Shown here piece by piece: positions 51,222-61,707 of a DNA stretch of 64,000 bases. The DNA is taken from NCBI GenBank assembly GCA_965218255.1, contig CBDCKJ010000002.1, positions 297,288 through 361,287 of the forward strand. The letters run 5' to 3'. How positions within the stretch are numbered: position 1 is the stretch's first letter; each line of letters starts with the position of its first letter. The stretch is from Longimicrobiales bacterium (GTDB taxonomy: Bacteria > Gemmatimonadota > Gemmatimonadetes > Longimicrobiales > Gaopeijiaceae). A program made the position numbers and the translations under genes. The notes beneath the pieces were generated by a model. That model was not told the DNA's origin, searched no databases, and saw nothing but the letters and a program-made list of their open reading frames with translations.

Positions 51222-52538
51222 ATGGCGAACCCGATCCAGAACCTCTTCCGTTTTCCGGAGCTCAAGGACCGGATCCTCTTCACCCTCCTCGTGCTGCTCA
51301 TCTACCGGGTGGGTGCGCACATCACGGCGCCCGGCATCAACCTGCCGGCGCTGCAGGCGCAGTTCGGGCAGCTTTTCGGCGGGACGCTCTTCGGGGTCTA
51401 CGACATGTTCGTGGGCGGAGGGCTTTCCCGCGCGACGATCTTCGCGCTCGGGATCATGCCGTATATCTCGGCCTCGATCATGTTCCAGCTCCTCGCCGCC
51501 GTCTTCCCGACGATCGAGAAGCTCCAGAAGGAGGGGGAGGAGGGGCGAAAGAAGATCACGCAGTGGACCCGGTACGTAACGGTCATCCTCTGCATCCTCC
51601 AGGGCTACGGCTACTCCGTCTTCGTCGGCTCCATCGAGGGCGCGGTCGTCACCTCAGACCTGGTTTTCACGATCAGCACGGTGGTCACGCTCACGGTCGG
51701 CGGGGTCTTTATCATGTGGCTCGGTGAGCAGATCACCGAGAACGGGATCGGCAACGGGATGTCGCTGCTGATCTTCTTCTCGATCATCGAAGGCCTTCCG
51801 AGCGCGGTCGTGCGCACCTGGGAGGCGATGATGGTTGGTGAGATCGGTGTCGTCTCCCTACTGGTGCTCGTCGCGGTCATCGTCGGGGTGACGGGCGGCG
51901 TCGTGTCGATGACGATGGGCTCCCGCCAGATCCCGGTCCAGATCCCGCGGAAGGTCGTCGGGCGGGGCCGGATCCAGGAGGGCCAGAAATCCTACGTCCC
52001 GATCCGGGTGAATGCGTCCGGGGTCATGCCGATCATCTTCGCCCAGTCGTTCATCATCATCCCGGGGACGATCGGGGCCTTCTCGAGCTCCCTTTTCTTT
52101 CAGGACCTGGCGAACATGTTCCAGCCCGGCAACTGGCTCTACTACGGGACATACGGGCTCATGATCGTCTTCTTCACCTATTTCTACACGGCCATCATCT
52201 TCAACCCCGTGGACCTCGCGGAGAACCTGAAGAAGCAGGGTGCCTTCATCCCCGGGGTGAAACCCGGAGCCCGGACGGCGGAGTACATCGACCGGGTCCT
52301 CACGCGCGTCCTCGTTCCGGGCTCCCTCTACCTCGCGGCCATCGCGATGGTCCCCTTCTGGATCTTCGACATCTTCAACATCCAGACCTTCTTCTTCGGC
52401 GGTACGGGGCTTCTGATCTGCGTGGGCGTGGGTCTCGATACCGTCCAGCGGGCGCAGCAGCACCTCCTGCTTCGCCACTACGACGGATTCATGAAGAAGG
52501 GCAGGGTCAAGGTCCGCGGGCGGCAAAGGTACATGTAG
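51222..52538 (+). CDS. secY: preprotein translocase subunit SecY
   Basis: 438 aa, polytopic membrane protein. ...GAHITAPGINL...LGIMPYISASIMFQLL... Confidence 0.96.
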   Translation: MANPIQNLFRFPELKDRILFTLLVLLIYRVGAHITAPGINLPALQAQFGQLFGGTLFGVYDMFVGGGLSRATIFALGIMPYISASIMFQLLAAVFPTIEKLQKEGEEGRKKITQWTRYVTVILCILQGYGYSVFVGSIEGAVVTSDLVFTISTVVTLTVGGVFIMWLGEQITENGIGNGMSLLIFFSIIEGLPSAVVRTWEAMMVGEIGVVSLLVLVAVIVGVTGGVVSMTMGSRQIPVQIPRKVVGRGRIQEGQKSYVPIRVNASGVMPIIFAQSFIIIPGTIGAFSSSLFFQDLANMFQPGNWLYYGTYGLMIVFFTYFYTAIIFNPVDLAENLKKQGAFIPGVKPGARTAEYIDRVLTRVLVPGSLYLAAIAMVPFWIFDIFNIQTFFFGGTGLLICVGVGLDTVQRAQQHLLLRHYDGFMKKGRVKVRGRQRYM

Positions 52539-52540
52539 CG

Positions 52541-53206
52541 GTGCCGGGTCGCGGTCTCTTCGTTATCCTCCTCGGGCCCCCGGGCGTCGGGAAGGGGACC
52601 CAGGGGCTCCGCCTGGCCGATGCCTTCGGGTGGGAGCGCCTCGTGACGGGTGACCTCCTCCGGGCGGCGCGCCGGGAGGGGACGGAGGTGGGGCGACGGA
52701 CCGAGCGCTACATGGATGCGGGCGAGCTCGTTCCGGACGACGTGATGGTAGCGCTCGTCGAGGAGCGTCTCTCCCGCCTCCCGGAGGGCTCGAGCGTTCT
52801 TCTCGACGGCTTCCCGAGAACAGTGGCCCAAGCCGCGGCCCTCTCCGCCGCCGGCCTTCCGACCGACGCTGTCGTCCTCCTCGAGGCATCCGATGAGGTG
52901 CTGGTCAGGCGGATCAGCGGCCGGCGGAGCTGCGACGGGTGCGGGCGCATCTACAACGTCTACTTCGGTCCGCCGGTCCTGGAGGGCGTCTGTGACGGGT
53001 GCGGCGCGACGCTCACGCACCGGGCGGACGACACGCCGGAGACGGTAAGGCGCCGCCTCCGGGTCTACCTCGAGCAGACAGAGCCGGTCGTCGACTACTA
53101 CGGCGCGCGCGGGCCCATCGTTCGCGTGGATGGGGAGGGCTCCCCCGAGGAGGTGCAGGCGGCGCTCGAGGTCAGCCTCACCACCCGCTTCAGCGTATCC
53201 GCATAG
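52541..53206 (+). CDS. adk: adenylate kinase (zinc-lid type)
   Basis: 221 aa with P-loop LLGPPGVGKGTQG and lid CDGCGRIYN...CDGCG. Confidence 0.93.
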   Translation: MPGRGLFVILLGPPGVGKGTQGLRLADAFGWERLVTGDLLRAARREGTEVGRRTERYMDAGELVPDDVMVALVEERLSRLPEGSSVLLDGFPRTVAQAAALSAAGLPTDAVVLLEASDEVLVRRISGRRSCDGCGRIYNVYFGPPVLEGVCDGCGATLTHRADDTPETVRRRLRVYLEQTEPVVDYYGARGPIVRVDGEGSPEEVQAALEVSLTTRFSVSA

Positions 53207-53207
53207 G

Positions 53208-53996
53208 GTGCGGCGCGTGGGGGTGGTCGAGCTCAAGACGACTGCGGAGGTCGAAAAAATCGCCCGCGGCGCGGCGGTCATCGGTGAGCTCTTCGGCGAA
53301 CTCAAATCTAGGATCCTCCCCGGGATCTCGACCGGCGCGCTCGACGCCTTCTCGGAGGAGTTCATCCGCTCGCACGACCGGGCGCGCCCCGCCTTCAAGG
53401 GACTCTACGGCTTTCCGGCCTCGCTTTGCACCTCGATCAACGAGGAGGTCGTCCACGGGATCCCCTCGGTCAGGCGTATCCTGCGGGAGGGCGACATCAT
53501 CTCGATCGACGTCGGGGTCAAGCTGAACGGCTGGTGCTCGGATTCGGCGCGGACCTTCCCCGTGGGGCCGGTCATGGCGGAGACGGAGCGACTCCTCTCG
53601 GTCACGAGTGAGGCGCTCGATCAGGCGATCGCGGCTGCGGCCGCCCTCGGCCACGTTGGCGACATCGGCCACGCGGTCGAGCGAGTCGTCGAGGGCACTG
53701 GCTTCGCGATCATCCGGGACCTGATCGGTCACGGGGTCGGCCGGAAGGTCCACGAGGAGCCGCAGGTCCCTAACTTTGGGGACCCCGGCAAGGGCCCTCC
53801 GCTCAGGGCGGGGATGGTGCTCGCGATCGAGCCGATGATCTCGATGGGGAGCCGCGAGATCCGGACACTCGCCGACCGGTGGACGATGGTGACGGCGGAC
53901 GGTTCCGCCTCCGCGCACTTCGAGCACACCGTCGCGCTCACGGGAGAGGGCGCCCGGGTTCTCACGCGGGACGTCGCCCGTGTGGAGTCCTCGTGA
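53208..53996 (+). CDS. map: type I methionine aminopeptidase (start ambiguous: GTG at 53208, 53217 or 53223)
   Basis: Internal start of ORF 53130-53996. ...VELKTTAEVEKIARGAAVIGELF..., with metal ligands DVGVKLNGWCSD, HGVG, EPM and EHT. Confidence 0.9.
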   Translation: MRRVGVVELKTTAEVEKIARGAAVIGELFGELKSRILPGISTGALDAFSEEFIRSHDRARPAFKGLYGFPASLCTSINEEVVHGIPSVRRILREGDIISIDVGVKLNGWCSDSARTFPVGPVMAETERLLSVTSEALDQAIAAAAALGHVGDIGHAVERVVEGTGFAIIRDLIGHGVGRKVHEEPQVPNFGDPGKGPPLRAGMVLAIEPMISMGSREIRTLADRWTMVTADGSASAHFEHTVALTGEGARVLTRDVARVESS

Positions 53997-54078
53997 ACGC
54001 GACCGGACGATGCCTTGAGACGCGATACGGGACAGGTTATATTTCTCAGCTGTGCAATGAACCTTGGGAGAGTGCCCG

Positions 54079-54195
54079 ATGAAGGTGAGAACCAGCGTCA
54101 AGCCGATCTGCGAGCACTGCAAGGTGATACGCCGACGGGGCGTCGTACGCATCATATGCAAGAGAAGCCCGAGGCACAAACAGCGCCAGGGATGA
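54079..54195 (+). CDS. rpmJ: 50S ribosomal protein L36 (below the ORF-track cutoff)
   Basis: Hand translation [38 protein letters not shown]. Coordinates cross-checked with the ORF 54015 frame. Confidence 0.9.
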   Translation: MKVRTSVKPICEHCKVIRRRGVVRIICKRSPRHKQRQG

Positions 54196-54237
54196 ATCCC
54201 TGCGACCCATGCCCGCTGGGCGGGCGCCAGAGGAGCG

Positions 54238-54618
54238 ATGGCGAGAATTGCCGGCGTTGATCTGCCGCGAAACAAGCGTGTCGAGATTGCCCTGACGTAC
54301 ATCTACGGGGTGGGCCGGCAGAGGGCGACCGAGATCCTCGAGGGTGCGGGCGTCGATCCGAGCGTCCGGACGCACGATCTGACCGACGAGGAGGTGAGCC
54401 GTCTTCGCCGGGAGATCGAGACGCGCTTCAAGGTCGAGGGAGCGCTCCGGACGGAGACCTCGATGAACATCAAGCGGCTGATGGACATCGGTTGCTACCG
54501 TGGGCTCCGTCATCGCCGCGGGCTTCCCGTGCGTGGTCAGCGAACGAGCACGAACGCGCGGACGCACAAGGGGAAGAGACGCGCGATCGCCGGGAAGAAG
54601 AAGGCGCCGAAGAAGTAG
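54238..54618 (+). CDS. rpsM: 30S ribosomal protein S13
   Basis: 126 aa [26 protein letters not shown]. Confidence 0.96.
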   Translation: MARIAGVDLPRNKRVEIALTYIYGVGRQRATEILEGAGVDPSVRTHDLTDEEVSRLRREIETRFKVEGALRTETSMNIKRLMDIGCYRGLRHRRGLPVRGQRTSTNARTHKGKRRAIAGKKKAPKK

Positions 54619-54681
54619 GGGGAGGATCATCGGGCCCGCCTCTCCGGGCCCCTCTGGCGTGACGACAGGAGGTGTCCAGCG

Positions 54682-55089
54682 GTGCCGAGCAAAGGTTCAG
54701 GCGGGAAGAAGGGCTCCGGGCGGGGTCGGCGGAAGCGGATCGTCGAGGCGGACGGGGTGGCCCACATTCAGGCCACCTTCAACAACACGATCGTGACGAT
54801 CACCGACTCGGCGGGCGATGTCGTGACGTGGGCGAGTGCGGGAAAGGCCGGCTTCAAGGGCTCGAAGAAGTCAACGCCCTTCGCCGCCACCGTCTGCGCC
54901 GAGCAGGCCGGGCGCGATGCATACGCACTCGGGGTTCGCCGCGTGGACGTGCGCGTCCAGGGCCCCGGTTCCGGGCGCGAGTCCGCGATATCGGCCCTCG
55001 CGGCGGCCGGGCTCAAGGTAAAGTCCATTCAGGACGTAACCCCACTTCCACACAACGGGTGCCGGCCTCCCAAGAAGCGCAGGGTCTGA
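54682..55089 (+). CDS. rpsK: 30S ribosomal protein S11
   Basis: 135 aa with [30 protein letters not shown]. Confidence 0.95.
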   Translation: MPSKGSGGKKGSGRGRRKRIVEADGVAHIQATFNNTIVTITDSAGDVVTWASAGKAGFKGSKKSTPFAATVCAEQAGRDAYALGVRRVDVRVQGPGSGRESAISALAAAGLKVKSIQDVTPLPHNGCRPPKKRRV

Positions 55090-55181
55090 CGGCGCGACCG
55101 TTGGCCCCCGTGCATGCCAGCCGGCGCGGGCGTCTCCAAGGCACCTGAGCGTTCGGGACTCTTCAATCAGGACACGTTTCG

Positions 55182-55817
55182 ATGGCGCGATACACGGAGT
55201 CGGTCTGTAAGCTCTGTCGCAGGGAGGGGCAGAAGCTCTTCCTCAAGGGGCAGAAGTGCTACACCGAGAAGTGCCCGGTGGAGAGGAGGTCGTATCCCCC
55301 GGGCCAGCACGGACCTGCGCACGCGCGCCGGCGAAAGCAGTCGGAGTATGCGCTTCAGCTCCGTGAGAAACAGAAGGTCAAGCGGATGTACGGGCTTCAG
55401 GAGAGCCAGTTCCGCAACCTTTTCCGGAAGGCCGTGAAGAAGGGGGGGGTGACGGGGGAGAATCTCCTGGTTGGTCTCGAACAGCGACTCGACAACATCA
55501 TCTTCAGGCTGGGCTTCGCTTCCAGCCGCAACCAGGCCAGGCAGCTTGTCCGACACCGCCACGTCGAGGTGAACGGGCGGGTGGTGGACATTCCGAGCTA
55601 CGACGTCGGGGCCGGCGACGAAGTCGCGGTCCGCGGGCGGTCGCGCAGGCTGCTCGTGGTGGAGGCGAGTCTCACCGCCCGCACGCGGCCCAAGCTTAGG
55701 GAATGGTTAGCACTCGATGAGAAGAACCGGGTGGCGCGGGTGGTGCGGCCTCCGACCCGGGCGGATATCCCGATGGAGGTCCAAGAGCAGCTGATCGTGG
55801 AGCTATACTCCAAGTGA
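55182..55817 (+). CDS. rpsD: 30S ribosomal protein S4
   Basis: 211 aa MARYTESVCKLCRREGQKLFLKGQKCYTEKCP. Confidence 0.95.
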   Translation: MARYTESVCKLCRREGQKLFLKGQKCYTEKCPVERRSYPPGQHGPAHARRRKQSEYALQLREKQKVKRMYGLQESQFRNLFRKAVKKGGVTGENLLVGLEQRLDNIIFRLGFASSRNQARQLVRHRHVEVNGRVVDIPSYDVGAGDEVAVRGRSRRLLVVEASLTARTRPKLREWLALDEKNRVARVVRPPTRADIPMEVQEQLIVELYSK

Positions 55818-55883
55818 CGCACCGGGCAAGGCCCTGAAGCGGGTTCGCCGGGCTCGCCCCCCGGCGACGGTATATGGAGGCGT

Positions 55884-56933
55884 ATGGTGGAGATTGATCT
55901 GACGGGACTGGTTCTCCCGGAGAAAGTGGAGGCAATCCGGCTTTCCGAGGATGGGCGGAGGGGCGAGTTCGTCATCGAGCCGCTCGAGCGAGGCTTCGGC
56001 CACACGCTCGGGAATGCGGTTCGACGTGTGCTGCTCTCCTCGCTCCGCGGGGCGGCCGTATGGGCGTTTCGCACGGAAGGGGTGGTCCACGAGCACCAGA
56101 CGATCCAGGGCGTCGTCGAGGACGCCCACCAGGTCATTCAAAACCTCAAGTCGCTGATCGTGGTCCTCGATGACGATGTGGACGCCGTCACGCTCGAGGT
56201 CGCCGCGAAGGGCGCCGGTCCGGTCACCGCGGGAGACATCCGCGAGAAGGCGGGGGTCCGGGTGCTGAACCCGGATCACCTCCTCCTGACCCTCCAGGAC
56301 AAGCGTGCCCTGAGGCTCGAGCTCCGGGTGAACAAGGGCCGGGGCTTTGTCCTCGCCGACCAGCATGAGCTGGACAAGGGGGAGTCCGTTGATCTCGTGC
56401 GGATCGACTCGATCTACAACCCGGTTCGGCGGTGCAACTTCGAGGTTCTCGAGACCCGTGTCGGGCAGCGGACCGACTTCGATCAGTTGACCTTCTCCGT
56501 CGAGACGGACGGCTCCGTCTCCCCGGAAGAGGCGCTCGCGACGGCGGCGAAGCTGGTAAGAAAGCACCTCGACTACCTCCTCCACCTCGCCGGGGACGGC
56601 GCGCCCGCAGCATCCCCCGCAGGGGCGGTCCCGCTCTCCGAGACCATTCGGGAGCTCATCGGCCGGAGTCTCGAAGATCTCCCGGAACTCTCCGTCCGGT
56701 GCCGGAATTCTCTCCAGAAGGAGAACATCCGGACGCTCGCCGACCTGATTCAGAAATCGCGGGGCGAGATGCTCAGAATCGACAACTTCGGCCAGAAGTC
56801 GCTCAAGGAGATCGAGGACTTCCTCCAGGGTCACGGGCTCGCCTTCGGGATGAAGCTCGCGGAGGGCGACGACGGACAGCTCTTTCTCGTGGGCGAGGAG
56901 GCGGGTGCGGGGGTCGAGGCTGAAGGAGAGTAG
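55884..56933 (+). CDS. rpoA: DNA-directed RNA polymerase subunit alpha
   Basis: 349 aa with [23 protein letters not shown] and C-terminal domain [20 protein letters not shown]. Confidence 0.96.
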   Translation: MVEIDLTGLVLPEKVEAIRLSEDGRRGEFVIEPLERGFGHTLGNAVRRVLLSSLRGAAVWAFRTEGVVHEHQTIQGVVEDAHQVIQNLKSLIVVLDDDVDAVTLEVAAKGAGPVTAGDIREKAGVRVLNPDHLLLTLQDKRALRLELRVNKGRGFVLADQHELDKGESVDLVRIDSIYNPVRRCNFEVLETRVGQRTDFDQLTFSVETDGSVSPEEALATAAKLVRKHLDYLLHLAGDGAPAASPAGAVPLSETIRELIGRSLEDLPELSVRCRNSLQKENIRTLADLIQKSRGEMLRIDNFGQKSLKEIEDFLQGHGLAFGMKLAEGDDGQLFLVGEEAGAGVEAEGE

Positions 56934-56983
56934 ACAGGCGGGCGACGCCGTGGTATATCGGTAGCCGAAAGGAAGGGCAGGCA

Positions 56984-57349
56984 ATGCGGCATAGGAAGAG
57001 GGGTCGACAGCTCTCGCGTACGGCCGCTCACAGGCGGGCGACGCTCAGGAACCTGGCCACGAGTCTCTTCGAGCACGAGAGGATCGAGACCACGGTCGCG
57101 AAGGCGAAGGAGTTGCGGCCCTATGCGGAGAGGCTGATAACCCTTGGGCGACGTGGCGATCTCCACGCACGGCGCCTGGTGGCTCGCAGGATCCAGAACC
57201 GGGCCGTACTCGGAAAGCTCTTCGACGACATCGGGCCCAGCTTCCGGGAGCGACCCGGGGGCTACACCCGCATCCTGAAGCTCGGCCACCGGCGGGGAGA
57301 TGCGGCCGAGATGGCGCTGATCGAGCTCGTTGGCCGTACACGGACGTAG
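56984..57349 (+). CDS. rplQ: 50S ribosomal protein L17
   Basis: 121 aa [37 protein letters not shown]. Confidence 0.95.
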   Translation: MRHRKRGRQLSRTAAHRRATLRNLATSLFEHERIETTVAKAKELRPYAERLITLGRRGDLHARRLVARRIQNRAVLGKLFDDIGPSFRERPGGYTRILKLGHRRGDAAEMALIELVGRTRT

Positions 57350-57384
57350 GTATTCATTAGGGACCAGCGGGAGAGGACCGAATC

Positions 57385-57900
57385 ATGGCGCGAGCCAAGG
57401 GCGGGTTCAACGTAGTTGCTATGTTGGTGGCATTCGGAACGATCGGAGGCTTCCTCTACTGGCTGTCCGTCAATGCCATTCCGACGGAAGTGGCTGTGGC
57501 CAACGAGGAAGTCACGGCGCAGGCCGTGTCACTCGCGCTCTTTGCACGGAGTCCGAATATCTACGAGGGCGACCTCGTGGCCGTGGATGACGTCGAGGTC
57601 CAGAGCGTGGCGGGCGGTCGCCTGTTCTTTGTGGCCTTCCCGGGCGACGCTACCTATCCGGTCCGGGTGGATGCATCGCTGGGTGCGGCAGGCGCTGCGA
57701 TCTCGCCGATGGACATGGGGCGGGTGACCGGTACCGTGTACGCGCTGAACGACAGCGTCCTCGACGCGTGGGCCGCCGAGTCCGCCTTCCCGGACGATGA
57801 CACCCGTGAAGCCGCCGCTGCCTCTTCCACCTTCATCCTGGCCACGGAGCTCGACCTGGTGCCTGCCGCCGCTCCGGAGGGAGGGGAGGGCGGGGTCTAG
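57385..57900 (+). CDS. hypothetical protein with a single N-terminal TM anchor
   Basis: 171-aa ORF with hydrophobic segment [20 protein letters not shown] and protein-like composition. No family recognised. Confidence 0.5.
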   Translation: MARAKGGFNVVAMLVAFGTIGGFLYWLSVNAIPTEVAVANEEVTAQAVSLALFARSPNIYEGDLVAVDDVEVQSVAGGRLFFVAFPGDATYPVRVDASLGAAGAAISPMDMGRVTGTVYALNDSVLDAWAAESAFPDDDTREAAAASSTFILATELDLVPAAAPEGGEGGV

Positions 57901-57935
57901 GGGACCTCCTTCAGGTAGTAGAGGTAGCTACGACG

Positions 57936-58154
57936 ATGGCACGTGTCTGTCAGATCTGTGGGAAGCGGCCGAAGGCCGGCAACCGGGTGAGCCACGCTCA
58001 CAACAAGACGAGGCGTCGGTGGCTCCCGAACCTGCAGTCCGCAAAAATCGTAGACGACCGGGGCGAGCGTCGCCGGATCCGCGTCTGCACCTCGTGCATC
58101 TCGGCCGGGAAGATCCGAAAGGCCCCGGCGCTCGGTCCATCGCGGGAGACATAG
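57936..58154 (+). CDS. rpmB: 50S ribosomal protein L28
   Basis: 72 aa [34 protein letters not shown]. Confidence 0.9.
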   Translation: MARVCQICGKRPKAGNRVSHAHNKTRRRWLPNLQSAKIVDDRGERRRIRVCTSCISAGKIRKAPALGPSRET

Positions 58155-58264
58155 GGCCGGCCGGGGCTGCGAGCCGGGTTGCCGGTCGGCGGCAAACGCA
58201 AGCGAGGTGACGCCCCGGGCGGAGCTCGCGCCAAGGGCGATGGTTCGCATGGAGAAGGTCCGTC

Positions 58265-59110
58265 GTGAGGAGCGACTCGAGTGCGCCCGTCCTCAATGAC
58301 TTGCGGGTGGCGGTCACTCGCTCCGGGGCCGGAGGCCCGAAGGACCCCCTTACCCGCATCCTCCGCGAGGCGGGTGTGATCCCCCTCCCCATTGCGCTGA
58401 CCCGCACGAAGCTCCCTCGGGACCCGGGGGCGCTCGAGCGTGCGGTGCTGGAGCTCTCGAGCTACGACTGGCTCGTGGCGACCTCTGCGCGTGCGGTCCG
58501 TGCCCTGGTGCTGGCGATCCGGCGGGCCGGCGTGTCAGTCCCGGAGGCGCGTGCGTGCGGGCTCAAAATCTGCGCCGTCGGCCCGCGAACCGGGGAGGCG
58601 CTCGCCCGATCCGGGCTCGCGCCCGACGTTCTCCCCGCGCGCTTCCACGCGGAGGGAGTGGTTCGTTCGATCCTCTCCCAGTCGGAGGGCAAGTGCCTCA
58701 GGGTCCTTTTCCCGAGAGCGGAGGAGGGGAGGGAGGTGATCCCGCGGCGGCTCCGTGGCGCCGGTGCCGAGGTGCAGGTCGTTGCGGCGTACCGGACGGT
58801 GCCGGTGCCGGGAGCCGGAGCGAGCCTCGCCGCGCTCGTATCGGAGGGGGGCGTCGACGCACTGACTTTCACGGCCTCCTCCGCGGCTCGACTGTTCGTG
58901 CAGGCGTGGGCAGCGCACCGGGTTGAGCGGCCCGGGGTCGAGCGTCCGGATCGACTCGGGATCCCGGAAGGGGTCGGCGTTCTGGCGCTCGGCCCGAGTA
59001 CGGCGGCTACCCTTCGCGCGCGCGGCGTCACGGTTGATCGTGTGGCGAACCCCTACACGTTCGAGGGTCTCCTCGGGGCGCTCGCCGACTGGGCGGCCGT
59101 GTCGGGCTAG
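58265..59110 (+). CDS. hemD: uroporphyrinogen-III synthase-like protein
   Basis: 281 aa with the HemD-like two-lobe pattern (VAVTRS..., YDWLVATSARAVRAL, ICAVGPRTGEAL, VAAYRTV). Call based on recalled pattern only. Confidence 0.55.
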   Translation: MRSDSSAPVLNDLRVAVTRSGAGGPKDPLTRILREAGVIPLPIALTRTKLPRDPGALERAVLELSSYDWLVATSARAVRALVLAIRRAGVSVPEARACGLKICAVGPRTGEALARSGLAPDVLPARFHAEGVVRSILSQSEGKCLRVLFPRAEEGREVIPRRLRGAGAEVQVVAAYRTVPVPGAGASLAALVSEGGVDALTFTASSAARLFVQAWAAHRVERPGVERPDRLGIPEGVGVLALGPSTAATLRARGVTVDRVANPYTFEGLLGALADWAAVSG

Positions 59111-59158
59111 AGGCTCGAGGCCACCCGGCTCGGAGACCACCGGAGAGGAACGCGGCAC

Positions 59159-60553
59159 ATGCCTTCATTCTGCCCTCCTGGGCGCTTCGCGAAAGGGGAT
59201 CTGACCTTCGGAGTCATCGGTCTCGGGTATGTCGGGCTCCCCCTCGCCGTGGAGATCGGGCGAAGCGGCAGCGCGGTCCTCGGCTTCGATGTCGACAAAG
59301 GGGTCGTCCGCGGAGTGAACGAGGGGCGAAGCCATGTCGGGGACGTCGAGGACGTCAGGGTGTCCGAACTCCGTCGGGCTGGGCGCCTGGAGGCCTCGAC
59401 GCAGACGGAGCGCATCCATGAGTGCGACGTCGTCTGTCTCTGTGTCCCGACACCGCTCTCGAAGACGCGCGACCCGGACATCTCGCACATCCTGGCGGCA
59501 GGCCGGGCGGTGAGCGAGGCGCTCCGACCGGGCCAGCTCGTCGTCCTCGAGTCGACGACGTATCCCGGTACGACACGCGACGTCCTCCTTCCCCTCTTCT
59601 CCGATCGGGGACTCGAGGTCGGGCACGACTTCTTCCTCTGCTTCTCGCCGGAGCGGGTGGATCCCGGCAACTCGGTGTGGCGGACTGAGAATACGCCGAA
59701 GGTGATCGGCGGGATCACGCAGGCGTGCCTGAATGCCGGACTCGATGCCTACGGGCGCTTCATCGAGCGGATGGTTCCCGTCTCCTCTCCAGAGGCGGCT
59801 GAACTCGTCAAGCTCCTGGAGAACACCTTCCGGGCCGTGAACATCGCGCTCGTCAACGAGGTGGCCCAGATTGCCGACCGGCTCGGTGTCAACGTCTGGG
59901 AGGTGGTCGATGCGGCGGCCACGAAGCCCTTCGGGTTCATGAAATTCACCCCGGGCCCGGGCCTGGGTGGCCACTGCATCCCGGTCGATCCGCACTACCT
60001 CTCCTGGAAGATGCGGACCCTCGATTACCAGGCGCGGCTCATCGAGCTGGCGTCCGAGATCAATGCCGAAATGCCCCGCTTCGTCGTGGACAAGGTGCGA
60101 AGCGCGCTGAATGCGACAAAGAGGGCCGTAAATGGCGCCCGCATCCTCGTCCTGGGTGTCGCCTACAAGCCCGATGTCGATGATGTCCGGGAATCCCCGG
60201 CGCTCGACGTCATCCGTGAGCTCGAGGAGGACGGGGCGGAGGTGAGCTTTCACGACCCGCACATCCCGGCCATCCAGTGGGAGGGGCGTCGTCGGTGGGG
60301 CGTGGAGTTCACGGAGGAGGCGCTCGAGGCGGCAGACGTGGTCGTCCTGGTGACGGACCATTCGGCCTTCGACCTCGAGAGGATCCTCGGGAACGCACGA
60401 GTGCTCGTGGACTCGAGAAACGCGACCTCCCACATCCGGAAGAAGCGGGGGATGGCGCCTGGGCGTGCGTGGATCGTCAAGGGTGGCGAGACACCCGGCA
60501 CACGAGAGGCCGGAGGCCCGGCCTCAGGTCGGAATTGGGTATCGGGGCGGTAG
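59159..60553 (+). CDS. nucleotide-sugar dehydrogenase (UDP-N-acetyl-hexosamine / UDP-glucose 6-dehydrogenase family)
   Basis: 464 aa with N-terminal Rossmann motif VIGLGYVGLPLA and catalytic-Cys block GLGGHCIPVDP. Confidence 0.8.
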   Translation: MPSFCPPGRFAKGDLTFGVIGLGYVGLPLAVEIGRSGSAVLGFDVDKGVVRGVNEGRSHVGDVEDVRVSELRRAGRLEASTQTERIHECDVVCLCVPTPLSKTRDPDISHILAAGRAVSEALRPGQLVVLESTTYPGTTRDVLLPLFSDRGLEVGHDFFLCFSPERVDPGNSVWRTENTPKVIGGITQACLNAGLDAYGRFIERMVPVSSPEAAELVKLLENTFRAVNIALVNEVAQIADRLGVNVWEVVDAAATKPFGFMKFTPGPGLGGHCIPVDPHYLSWKMRTLDYQARLIELASEINAEMPRFVVDKVRSALNATKRAVNGARILVLGVAYKPDVDDVRESPALDVIRELEEDGAEVSFHDPHIPAIQWEGRRRWGVEFTEEALEAADVVVLVTDHSAFDLERILGNARVLVDSRNATSHIRKKRGMAPGRAWIVKGGETPGTREAGGPASGRNWVSGR

Positions 60554-60865
60554 TTGACGGGGTGACAGACCGGCCGGGGGCGTCGACCCTGGCCTGCCTG
60601 CCTCCGTCCGGTTGTCGAGTGGCCGGGCTGCCGCGCGGCGATGGCCCCGACGCCCGCGAACCGCTCAGATCCGGTGGTTCGCGCCCGCCCTCGTGCGACC
60701 CGGCCGGCCGGCGGACCGGCGTGAGCCCGCCCCGGTGCGTTTGCGCCGGGGCCGAGCGCCCGGGGAGCCACCATCGGCCGCTCCGGCCGTCGCCCTGCCC
60801 GTCGCCGCCCTAGCCGCGATGCTCCTCCTCCCCGTCGCCTTCGTGGTCCCGCTTCGGCCCCCGCC

Positions 60866-61693
60866 ATGAGTGAGCTCCCTGCACGCCCCGGCGACCTCCT
60901 CGAGCTCGTGACGCGGGCGGGGGAGAGGATCCTCGAGCACTACGAAACGCCCGGCCGCGTCACGCTGAAGGCGGACCGTTCGCCGCTCACCCTCGCCGAT
61001 CGCCGGGCGCACACCTGTATCGAGGACGGACTCCTTCGCCTCTCACCCGGGATTCCGGTGGTCTCCGAGGAGTCGGCGCCCGAGGCGCGGCGGGTCGAGC
61101 GAGCCTGGGAGCGCTACTGGCTCATCGATCCCCTCGACGGTACGAAGGAGTTCCTGAAGGGGACGGGTGAATTCACCGTGAACATCGCGCTGATCGACAA
61201 CGGCCGGCCCGCCTACGGGATCGTCCATGCACCCGCGCTCGGCGATACGTACCGGGGCCGGCGGGGTGGCGGTGCGGAGAAGGCGGGCCCGGATGGCCGT
61301 TTTTCCCCGATTCGGACGCGACGCCTCGATCCGGGCCACGCCGTTCTCGTGGGGAGCCGCGACCATGGTCCCCCCGGGCTCGAGGGGCTCGTCGGCCGCA
61401 TCTGGCCGGGGGCAGAGTTCACGCGCATGGGCAGCTCCCTTAAGTTCTGTGTCGTCGCGGCGGGTGAGGCGGACGTGTATCTCCGTGACGGACCGACGAT
61501 GGGGTGGGATACGGCGGCGGCCCAGTGCGTCGTGGAAAGTGCCGGAGGCGCGGTCCTTGCACTCGGCTGGCGCATCCTCGAGGCGCCTCTCCGCTACGAC
61601 GAGGGCGCGCTTCGCAACCCGCACTTCTGCTGCGTCGGGGATCCCACGGGTCCTTGGCAGCTGCTCGTCCGCCTGGCGGCATCCCGGAGGTGA
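60866..61693 (+). CDS. cysQ: 3'(2'),5'-bisphosphate nucleotidase
   Basis: 275 aa with inositol-monophosphatase-fold motifs VVSEE and WLIDPLDGTKEF. Adjacent to cysD. Confidence 0.75.
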   Translation: MSELPARPGDLLELVTRAGERILEHYETPGRVTLKADRSPLTLADRRAHTCIEDGLLRLSPGIPVVSEESAPEARRVERAWERYWLIDPLDGTKEFLKGTGEFTVNIALIDNGRPAYGIVHAPALGDTYRGRRGGGAEKAGPDGRFSPIRTRRLDPGHAVLVGSRDHGPPGLEGLVGRIWPGAEFTRMGSSLKFCVVAAGEADVYLRDGPTMGWDTAAAQCVVESAGGAVLALGWRILEAPLRYDEGALRNPHFCCVGDPTGPWQLLVRLAASRR

Positions 61694-61707
61694 GGCGTAA
61701 CGCTCCG

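Noticed and set aside
57915-57931. GTAGTAGAGGTAGCTAC just upstream of rpmB, containing GTAG and CTAC elements.
   Set aside because: The half-site order is inverted (GTAG...CTAC) and the spacing is wrong compared with the CTAC-N6-GTAG dyads. No sigma-54 promoter is nearby, and the sequence overlaps the rpmB ribosome-binding region.
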